A stretch of DNA of 64,000 nucleotides from a virus. Position numbers and translations under genes: made by a program. The notes below the pieces were generated by a model. That model did no database searches. It saw nothing but the letters and a program-made list of their open reading frames with translations, and was not told the DNA's origin. Positions 12,101 to 22,100 of this stretch are shown here, piece by piece. The stretch is taken from the IMG/VR virus record IMGVR_UViG_3300032093_000041, positions 41,679 through 105,678 of that record. One strand, given 5' to 3'. How positions within the stretch are numbered: position 1 is the stretch's first letter; every line of letters begins with the position of its first letter.

Positions 12101-12925
12101 GATTATGAGTCGATAGACGATATTGGATACGAAAACCTAATGAAAGAGTCGCAAGTATCTGTGGCCATGCCTATTAATGCTGTTTTAAATATGTTTGCTG
12201 ATAACGAGTTTAAAACGCTATTTGAAACAAACACCAGCCAAGGCAATGTCAACACTTCAGCTCGGGCCGCAGCAGAATTTGCGATGTTCGGAATCCTCCC
12301 CTCATATAAGGGGAAGAGGCCTGCTTACGGAATTTTGCACGTCGGCGGAATGACAGAAGATGCAATAAAAAACACGAACCAGTACGGACCCATAAGAATT
12401 GTCCTAAACCCCGACATGAATGAAAAGGTTACTTGGACAGAAATTGACTCACTGTCCTTGATGTCAACAGCTTCAACGTTAAAGAACCCGTCACAGCATG
12501 GGCTTTTTGGACAAAGGCTTACTTCTGACACCCCCTTTACAAGGGTTTCGGCAGCCGACATTATCTCTCTTATCGAGCGTGGCCGAGATGTATCAAATAG
12601 CGCAGACGACAAGAGTGCCATAGGTAGGTCCAAATATGCAGAAGCTCAAATTCATTCAAAGATAACTCTGGAAGACATTCAATACATTGTCGTTGACGAC
12701 ACCGACTTTAGATGGGGGGATATTGATTTTCCTCCATTTGGTCCTGATGGGATGATTCTGATGCAGGACGACGATGGTTATGAGGAAGCAGCAGATGAAT
12801 TTCCCGATGACATTATGGATTATGAAGGATTTATTCAGATATCCAAAATTGCAGAATCTCTTAACATTCCCGTTGTTCTGCTCAGTGATATAACAAATGC
12901 TGGCGAAGAGGTGGTGAGGCCGTGA
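9122..12925 (+). CDS. Large (1267 aa) multidomain protein: N-terminal DxDxDG tag, OGFr/DUF1810-like domain, C-terminal DUF3626-like ART-fold domain
   Basis: HFDWWMFPIP motif; FKTLFETNTSQG..RPAYG..QYG..IVL..TWT..DS..YAEAQIH..ITLEDI pattern. Separators VAGRM 9431, ISGRM 9935, ISGKM 11324. Confidence 0.7.
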   Translation: MLIENEDEKPRNRKLRRNKKNWEKLREKPIVAIDTLSGGGLVSGQISGKALGGRIGRRIGGASKPMDMNPTTARDADMDGMVLEGIPTIRQGRGMPDPTPGGEVAGRMGREQNKEEFVGVDKLLRQHFSQFAKFQEWTKNKDWNAFHRNHFDWWMFPIPLGSNSYRDEYNIAGEPLEELRQNKRYMATLASAMRMYTRSIGWDMDSQEWINNAEIERGQEPVRSLNRARLLKIAQSAEAHGLDNELSSMSHMVNDMRSNGIPTGNDEYWNSISGRMSNPDRPNFPLNPKQGDTFSSDDPEDTRIWKFDGKLWVRQDGGGRRSATVGFRKAGGSGGKSISPSASSIRAGSERTVKYGSPAFDELWERRDKENEQADGTNLTFDWKNEESRLYYLSVFGKFPNTHPKNRKKVGWAKFGGGNEPGNYSGGTHSWIAAVKNQLRELGISLVPQEHPKMGDQYGSWISFSGSPGASAAEGASAKQLLSHLAETISPDTFYEHFEAWIRNPFVTAQKNGKDVGVRLAFNNDKEKLLNEYRRRVIALRDALYSHFGNEVDEVAETMVKPLTDSSGKSSTNTGNDWVDLTENARWASNLIKQQVSNILEQEKPRSEERLAYLLDSRLQSKLPDEIRQQIRTSPSFIRGLLQEEFKNRDWGRGDNFSQIDLMPSVDDETVSLIEELADEFIEKLISENADVSVVSDADSKNFIDSFVQDSSMRTSAAKPMLQSKLSNRIARGQISGKMGNTPENDIEAKDLEYDPDTPEHLGNHFTSKHEGYDVRPNPVDNVLDARNTGAPLEWLVPGSYHPEIKELVNGLTDKVLELGFASYLQTNPDFYMGSKDTAGRDAASEFRGWLGGWIGATVSKIMALGDFGEDFELDDGHRDFIRNFVGDMADTMTRFSDIPREDPDGRGGNTMQVLRGLISRVPGFGSGGSMTSDLSQEVNDIASGLAMRAIHAGLKINNMQRMGISDRRRANQDTLDWWNSAIGAGLLSTSPSDYESIDDIGYENLMKESQVSVAMPINAVLNMFADNEFKTLFETNTSQGNVNTSARAAAEFAMFGILPSYKGKRPAYGILHVGGMTEDAIKNTNQYGPIRIVLNPDMNEKVTWTEIDSLSLMSTASTLKNPSQHGLFGQRLTSDTPFTRVSAADIISLIERGRDVSNSADDKSAIGRSKYAEAQIHSKITLEDIQYIVVDDTDFRWGDIDFPPFGPDGMILMQDDDGYEEAADEFPDDIMDYEGFIQISKIAESLNIPVVLLSDITNAGEEVVRP

Positions 12926-13128
12926 TTGAGCTATTTGCCACCGGGCCAGGTGGGAGACAAAAAATGTTTAAAACCCATTCCGTCATGGTTGGAAATTCTC
13001 CTGTCTACTTTGGATACATACTCAGGAACGGCGAAAAAGGTGGAATAATTAACTTATCGTCCGTTGTTGCCTCTAATCCAGTTTGGACAGTCGTTGACGA
13101 ATTTATCGCAGATACTAAACCAGAGTAG
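12922..13128 (+). CDS. Small coupled protein (68 aa), possible partner of the DUF3626-like domain
   Basis: GTG start overlaps the upstream TGA (GTGA). Confidence 0.65.
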   Translation: MIELFATGPGGRQKMFKTHSVMVGNSPVYFGYILRNGEKGGIINLSSVVASNPVWTVVDEFIADTKPE

Positions 13129-13148
13129 AAGAAATCTTTACAAAACAC

Positions 13149-16100
13149 ATGACTGATACGCAGAACATAGACATTGAGCAAAAAGACGTTCTTGGGGCTC
13201 CGCGCAGAGTGCGCACTACCGACCCGGACGTTTTCTCTGACCCAGAATCGGCCAGAGTTGCTGCGCGACGTCTTGGATGTATTGGGATTAGAAGATATCT
13301 AAACCGCTCAGGCGGAGAGTCATGGATGCCATGCACCAATGAGTCCGACTACAGAAAATATAGCGGGATAGGTGTTTCTGGTCGTAGGTTCCGACGCCAG
13401 CAGCTGGAAAGAGATATCAGGCAAATCACCGGCCGAGGCAAGCTTGCAAAGAAGACTTTAGAAGAAGCTGTCGAAACGAAAGCAAGCAAAAAAAATAACT
13501 ACACAAAGCCGGAATTGCGCGAGAGAATCAAGCAGCGAATTATGGCTGGCTCTGAGGGTGGAGCCCCCGGACAGTGGTCTGCAAGAAAAGCGCAAATGCT
13601 CGCTCAGGCGTATAAAAAAGCAGGTGGCGGATACAAGACTGGCGGAAAAAGCAAAACGCAACGTTCGCTTTCTTCGTGGACTAAAGAAAAATGGACCACG
13701 AGCGACGGTAAAAAAGCTCGCAGAGGTAGCTACACCAGAAGATACTTGCCAGCTAAAGCGTGGTCAAAGCTGACACCGGCGCAAAGAGCGGCTACCAACA
13801 GGAAGAAAATACAGGGTTCTCGCAGCGGAGAACAGTTTGTCCCTAATACGGATGCGGCAAGAACGGCACGCAAACGTTCAGTTAGGGGCGTAAAACACGT
13901 TGAGTTTTATGACGGCATCGAAACAAAATCAATCGATGGTCTGATAGAGGAAAAGGCATTATCTCGTCGTTCTTCCAGAAGAACTCTTAGAACTCCTGGT
14001 GCGTTGCGTCCTAGATTGGGAGCAACCGGACAGGATATGAATCCCGCAACAGCGAGAGACGAAGACCTAGACGGCTTAGTTCTTGAAGGAATTCCCACAA
14101 TTAACCGTGGTCGCGGTGTAATTGACCCAACCCCGGGCGGAAGACCGAGTCGGTGGGTGCCAAGAATGCGGCCTCAAAGGACGCAAGCGCCAACACCGGA
14201 AGAAAAACCTCAGCCTCGTAGGCAGTTGCTCCAGCGACCAGAAAGATTGCCAAAACCAAAGGCTGAAAAAGTACGCGAATCTAAACTTAATTGGCTCCCA
14301 GAAGATGCTGATAAATGGACAGAAGACGATGCCCAGAGGTTGCTCGATACGCAAAAAGCTTCCGGTCTTTCTTACGGTGAATTTGCAAAACAGAACGGAC
14401 TTTTTGCTAACGACGTTCGTGAATCAGTAGAAAGACAAAAGTCTCGACGCAAAAAGCGCATCAGTGCTTTTCGCAAAAATAACCCCAAACTTTTTGCTGC
14501 TGTTAACAGTTTTGGAGCTGTTAAAGACGAGGCAATGGAAGCGGTTTCTAGAGGAAAAGTTAACAACTGGGGCTCACTTGTTTCATGGGCGTTTAAAGAC
14601 AATGACTTAAAGCGCCAAAGACTAAACGACAGGGCGGTAAACGACCTATTTAACAATGTGTCAAATGGTCTTGACCCAGACGGAAAGTCAGATGTAGTTC
14701 TTGGTTTTGTGCCGTCGCGCACGAAACAAGGAGAAATGACTAAGACTTTTGCCCGAGCAAACAATCTTCCCGATGGTTTCGTTAGTAGATACAAGACTCC
14801 GAGAACAGCCATACAGCCAGCTAGAAGAATTACTTCCACGGCCGAACGAGCAGAACGTCGTGGAGAGCGACGCGTTGGAAGAATAAGCAGAGACATAGAG
14901 GCAACAGCTAGGGCGTTTGAAAGGTTTGACGCTATTTCCGGCCGCATGGGTGGGATATCAGGACGCATGGCAACACCGTCTGGCCCAGACTCACAGTGGA
15001 CAAACCAAGAAAAAGCACAGTGGAAAGCCGGTCAGTGGCGTAAGAGGTTCCTCTTCGATGAAGCCCTAAGTACTGCAAGGGTTAATTTATCACCTGAAAT
15101 GCAGGCACATATTGCCAAGTATCCTGATGCCGCAACTGCAGCAAGAGCAATCCTTGACCTATCTGACCAAGATTTAGACAAGCTGTTCAAGGGTCATAAT
15201 GACGCGCTCAAAGCAGCGAACGTAGCCATTAAACCTCCAAGAAAAGATGAACTTCCGCTTCTTCCGTCTGAAGTTGCTGCAGCAGCACAAATCAAACGTC
15301 CTCTCGTTAGAAGCTTCCTTGATGAGTACAAAAAAATGGCACCGAATGGGACTTTGTCGCGTCTTGATGTTGACGTACTCTCTAATGAAGACATTGAAGA
15401 ACTGTTTAATCGCTACATACTGCCAGAGATGGTCGACCCAACAAAGCTCGATGCTGCTGGTGTAATTGATGTTGCCCAGAGAATTTCTCAACCGGGCCAA
15501 GAAAATTCACCGCTGCGCCTGCTGGACAATCTTGCATATATGGCCGGCGACGATGCGATGAGCCTGGAAGCAAGAAGAAGAGTTCTTCAAGAAAAACTTG
15601 CCGCTGGTGTTGCTCAGGGAACCATGACCCCGGCTCAACAGCAGGCAACACAAAATGCGCTTGATGCCCTAGATGAAGAACTAGCAAAACTAATAGCTGA
15701 CTACGAAGCTGGAAAGCCTTTAGATTCGTCTATACCGTTGCAGCCTTTAGACGACCCGAGGCAAATGCCAAGATGGGCTGGCGGACGTAGGGCGCTTAGT
15801 TTTGAAGACCCAGTAACAGCAGATGATTACATCATGTTTTTGTTGGAAAACAATGACATTGGCTTCCACCCAGAATGGGGTCCAATCACCAAGCCTGAAT
15901 GGGAGAACTGGTCAGAAGACATACAGGAGAGGGCCGCAGAAGCAGAACGCGTCTATAGAGAAGGCGGAGAACTAGAAGCTAAAGACGCCATAGACGCTTT
16001 GAATGCAGAGTATCAGCAATGGACACAGGTTGGTCTTGAGGCAGGATGGATTCAAGAGCCAGAAGAAGACGAAGAGTTTGAAGAACCGCAGCCTGAGCGC

Positions 16101-19100
16101 CCAATACGTGATGAGTTTGGTGTTCTCGATGAAGATTGGGTATGGAACACAGAACACGGTTCCCCCGAAGAGCTTGGCGTAACCGACGACCCAGCAACGT
16201 GGGCTCAACACCCGGACAACGTCGAAGACGACGGCGTAACCCTAATCCCACTTGACGAACTAGAAGAATTGATTCTCAAGTATGCGCCGAAACAGTTTCA
16301 AGCTGACCTTCTCGAAATACTAAAGCCAAGTGAGTGGACAGACCCACACAACGGTCATATCGACCAAAGATACATTGACCTCCCGCCCGAATTAATTGAT
16401 TATTTTGTCGGACAAGCAATGGGAACAATGCCGCCGACCCCATCAAGCTCAGGACAGATGCCAACACCAAACCTTGGTGGAATACAAGGTGATGGAGTTG
16501 GACTTTCCGACCCGGGCGGACCAAGACTTCGCAAGGGCATACCTTTTATACCAAGGAACATCAACTGGGACTCTGCATTGCGCATGTTCCAGCGAATTCT
16601 AAATAAACAAGGAAAACAAGCATCGTCAAAAGGCTCTTATGCAACTGCAAGTCGCCAGTATGACCCAGCACTTGGTGTTTATGACGACTGGGGTGCACTA
16701 CAGCTACAGAACCAGTTTGTAGAGGCTGCAAAGGAAGCCCGCGAGCTTTACGTTACGGGAACTGGACAAGATTCTCGCAAAGCTCGAGAGCAGGTTTGGA
16801 ACCTTCTTCAATCAGGAAGAACTCCGCAAGAAATAAGCCATGAACTGATTATTTTTGGTGCAGACCAGCCGGACACAAATAGGCCTCCTCAGCCAATTGA
16901 TTTGCGTGACTTGGTTAAAGCTGCAGCAACACAGTACGCAATAGATAACAACATCAAAACTTCAGATGTAACAAAACTTCTCAATGCAGCAGACCAGGCT
17001 TTCAATTCTGATACAGCGCGTCAAGAGGCGTTTAGGAGAAGCCAGCTTGAGCGCTTGCGTGACGACCTAACCCGTCTATTTAGCGGCCAAAGCCCACAAC
17101 AAATCATTAGCTCTATTGATGGTCTGATTGAAGAAACAGAAAGAAAGAAATGGTTTGCTGACCAGGCATACAGAATTGAACGCGGACATGATGCTCGGTT
17201 AAGAAAAGCCGCTCTTGACCTTGCTGAGTCATATCCTGTTCCAACCGCTCGTCGCGCAATATTTATGGAACCAGATGGGACCATAACTGACAGCCCAAGC
17301 CGTAGAGCAAAAGCCCTCTATCAGGAGCCATACACTGGCGAAGTAACTGACGACGACACGAGGGGATGGCCTCAGGCGTTTGATGAAGGTTATGACCCAA
17401 CACAAATAAGTCGGGCACGCCATGCTAACCGCATATATCGCTGGTGGAGACAAAACTGGGGTTACATCGAGCGAAACGAAAATGGTGAAATTACTCGCGA
17501 ATATGTAGGTCCGCTGCAGGGAACACTAAAGGCTCATCAGCTTCACGCACGTAAATACGGAAACGAAGGTCTTGCTGGAACAACTGCGTATGCAACAAGA
17601 ACAGCAGATTCTCGAGTCCAGCAGCTTCGTGAAGTAAAAAGAACCATAGAGGGGGCGCGGCAAGAGGGTCGAGGCATGGGAATATCTGGCTTCATGCGAA
17701 GCGGTGGGCCGAACCTTTACGATGAATATTCACGGAAAGCAGCTCGCGTACTTGTTTCGGGACGCCGCAAAAACAAACCTTCATCAATGCTGCTTGGCTA
17801 CGATTCTGACGAAATGCCAATTACAAGAGCAATGAGGACGGCATTTTCTGGAGGAAGTGGGAAGTTCCTTGGAGCATCTAATGAGCATTCATTTGCTGCA
17901 TTAATGAACCCCGAGAACGTTGACTACTTTAAACATCTATCACCGGTGGAGAAAGACTACTTTAGAGCCCTCTACTCAAATCCAGACTTTGTCGTTGCCG
18001 TATCAAAAGATGTGACTGCACCGCTGCCGAACAGAACACGCGGTGCTTCCACCGTCTCCCCAGACGAAGCAATAATAAATGCATTCCGTTCGTCTATGGA
18101 TGCAACGCGACCAACGATTTCTGGTCAGATGGGATTGAGGAGAACGCTAAGCAACGCTAGCAGAGTTGCAAGATACAACCCTGAGAGATGGCAGCGAGAA
18201 TATTTAACAGCTAGAAATAGTTTCCGGATGACCTCGCCTTTCAGGGGCAAGAAAAAGCAGAACTACAAGCTTGAACAAATAACTCTGAAAGACAGCGTTT
18301 TTAAGCCAGTAGAAGGTCTTTATCTTGTAGATGCAGATACAAAAAATGTTATCGACGGACCTTTCAAATCAGATGAATTAGGTTTATTGGCCAGTGAAAA
18401 AGCCAAGGGCGCAGAAACAAGCGTTATATCTAAAAATTATCCTCGTCCATGGGAGCAAATGCCTGAGATTCAGGAGCTAATTGCTAACGGCGTGAGTAAT
18501 GAATTGCGTGATTTTATGACGCTGGACTCACACAAGATAAGCGACATACGCAGCACTGTTTACGACACTATTGAAGGCAAAATTAACCAATATGCACTAG
18601 ACCTTGATAAGGGCGTCCCACAGAAAGCGTCAGATACGGCAATATTTAGTCGCGACCCTGATACGGGGGCGCTAATGGTTCTTCTTATACAAAGAGCGTT
18701 CGGTCCACACAAAGACGATACCGGTGCATGGGTTCTCCCTGGAGGGTTTGCTGACCCTGGCGAAACCGCACTAGAGACAGCATTGCGTGAACTAGAAGAG
18801 GAAGTAGGACTAAAAGTAAGTCCGACAGATGCGCGCGTTAAGCAGATAGGAACAATAACAGCACCAGACTGGGATGTGCGCTTTACAAAAGGCGTAGAGG
18901 TCAGTGGTACTGCGTTGTTTGTATCTCCAGACGCTGCCTTTAAGGCTGGAGATGACGCGCTGAGAGCGCAATGGTTCCCTGTTCAGGATATAGCGGACGG
19001 AAAACTTCCAATCGGGTTCGGACATGTCGCGTGGATTAAGAACGCTATGGCTCTGGAAGTTGATGACCCGGCAAACTATGGTCCTGACTACGAAAGTTTA

Positions 19101-22100
19101 AGAACAGGTTTAGACCGTGTTGAAAGAGCAACGCGTGCTAGGAATAAAGAACTAATTGAAATTTCAAACAGCTGGCGCAAAGAACTGAATAAAGGCAGAG
19201 CAAAAGCCGACAAGATAAAACTTTTTGACGAAAAAAACCTTGGTTCATATTCCGCTTGGGAACTAGCTCCATCAGACGACATGATGAGGCTCGGCTCAAT
19301 ATCCCGCATGAGGCTAATGGGCAGAGAGGTAACTCCAGAATCTATTGCCGCGGACGTAGAAAGAACCCGTGAAAACCGTCTATCCAGAGTTGGTTCAAAT
19401 TTTGGTCCGTCAATATCTGGACGCATGGGTGAAGGGTTTGAAAACAACATGAACGACATGCACTTAAGAGGCATGTCGTCTGACGAAATAAAAAATAAGC
19501 TGCGCCAAGAAAATGGCGTCAGTGAAGAGGATATAAATCGTTACGTTCTCTATAGCGGAATACAGTTGTCTAAAACTTCAGACAATGTTTCAGCTTCAGA
19601 GCGAAAAATGTTTGACGAGATGATATCCAGCGGAGGCTCAATTAGAGACTTGGCAAAAAAGAACAAAATATCTTTTACGGAAGCAATGGATGTTGTTGTA
19701 AAAGTAGAGTCTTCAATCGGCAATAGAGAGCCGGCCATAAATGCAGCATTGCGCAAAGCAATTATGAATGATTCTTTTATTTCTGGAGCAGAAAAAGCGG
19801 CGATGGTGCAGCGACTACATGGAGCATCGCGTGCCTCTGTAGCAAAATTTATGGGTATGTCGGTGGAGCGATACGGGGAAGTAGAAGCATCGATAATAGA
19901 CAACCTAAAAGCTCGCAACCCGAAAATGTTTAAGTCTGCCGGTGCATGGTCTTCAAATCCAGAATCCTTATTTGCAGAACAAGATATTTTTATGCGTTAT
20001 GTTCATGGCAAGCAGCCACTAAACCGCATAGCAGAAGACCTTGGCATGACCGAAAAAATGGTCGATGGCATAGTAAAGCGATACGCCAGATGGAAAAATT
20101 CAAATGCTCCTCTAGAGAGAGCAGCAATCAAACAATCAATTTCGCAGTTTGGTTCAGCATTGAACGCTGGTGAAATTCAAATGATGCGTCGCTTGTCGGA
20201 CGGAGAAAATATATTCCAATTCTCCGAAAGAACAAACATGCCGAAGAAAGCTGCAATACGCATGTATAACTCGGCAATGCGTAAAATGCATATGGAATCC
20301 GGAGTTTCTCCTCTTTCAAGAAACTTTGACGCCAACATATATAAGGCGATACCTAAAGAGTGGATTTCTCCGTCATTCTTGTTCGAAAAAAATCCACCGA
20401 AGGCAACTAGGGCAATATCTGGCAAAATGTCAGACGTAGCAAAGAGCGCTAACAAATTTAACGCAGAAAAACGTTCTTACATGACATCCCCTATGTCTGC
20501 TTTGCGCGAAAAAGTAAAAGATATTCGCCAGGAAATGAGAGACCAAATACAGAATCTTTCATCTACGTCGGCTTATATGCATCCAGTATTTGGAGGGCAA
20601 GAAGGCATAGACAAAATGGCGGCGCTCGGTGCTTACATAAAAAGGACAATAGATGAATCTGTCCTAGAGGCTGTCGTGGATGCCGCACGAAAGTCAGGCT
20701 CACGGTTTTCAGGAGATAGAGAAGAAATTGCTAAGCGAGCAATGAATAAAGCTCGCAAATCTTTGATGGAAGATTTGTGGATGAAGAGAGAAATGATTGA
20801 TTTTTCTCTCGACATGCATGAAATGATTGAATCCGCATCTTGGCCATGGAGAATGTGGCAGCCAGACAGTCCTGAATGGCAGCGCCATAGGAACATCCCA
20901 GAGCTGATGGAAACATACAAAACGAACACGCCAAAGGGTCGCCAGGCATATATAAATGCCGGCTTCTACATGCCGCTTGGCGATAATGAGATGTTTGAAT
21001 TCCTAAATGCTGTCGAGGAAAACAATTCCATTAGCGGGAGAATGTCAAACCCGAGACAGTGGGCTCAATCTAGAGACCTATACGACATAATTGGAGTTTC
21101 GGAAACAGCAACAGACGAAGAGCTAAAAAAAGCCTTTAGAGCTAAATCTCGCGTGCTTCACCCAGACGTTAACAATTCTCCAGATGCTACTGAGCAATTC
21201 AAAGAACTTGGATTCGCATGGGAAACACTAAGCAATAGCAGGTTAAGAAACCAATACGATTCATGGCGAGCAGGACGAACTTCACGCCAATCTTCTTCGG
21301 CGAGACCAAATAACACAGACATTGCTGACGATGACATTGACGTAAGTCAATACACAGACCAAGACCTATATTTATATGACGATAAGGGTCGCCTATGGCC
21401 GCGGCATAACGCAAATAGAGACGACTGGCCTACCGCTCCGTTTACTCAGTCAACCGTGTTCCCGCAACGCCAATGGGTCGAAAAAGAATTTGACGAATGG
21501 TCAGACTGGACTCGCCACGGCATACAGCCATCACGCCCAGCAGGAAGTGCTCTATGGGGTGAGGGTAGAGGTACGCGAGACCTTGGTGGTGACGGTGAGA
21601 TTGATGACGATGGACAAGGAGGACCTGGCCCATCTTCTGGACCTCGTGGGCCATTTAATCCAACTTCAGGTAGCCCTGCTAATGCCTACTTCGTAGAACA
21701 ACAAGTTAGGCGTGACCTTGGTCCGGATGCAACTGACGAAGAAGTGCTAGCTGAGCTAATCAGGAGAATGACCGGTGGTGGGCGTGGCCCATCAATGAGC
21801 TCTTCTCCTGGTTCAATATCGGGTCGCATGTCATCGTCGTTCCCTCCTCTTGATGACAGCGTTCAAAAACGTCTTGGATTGCAAAATCTTCCTAGTTCAT
21901 ATGACCAATCTGAACTTACGAAACAGCATCCAAAACTTACGTTTGATGTTTACAAAGCCAACATTGGCGAACCATCTGTTGAAGTAACCACAACATTTGG
22001 CGGAAAGTCAAATGTCAGCAAGTATCGCTACGACAACGTTTATCGCCCCATTATTGATGCATTGGTAGCAGGAGTACAACGCCCTACTGGAGGAAAGCGT

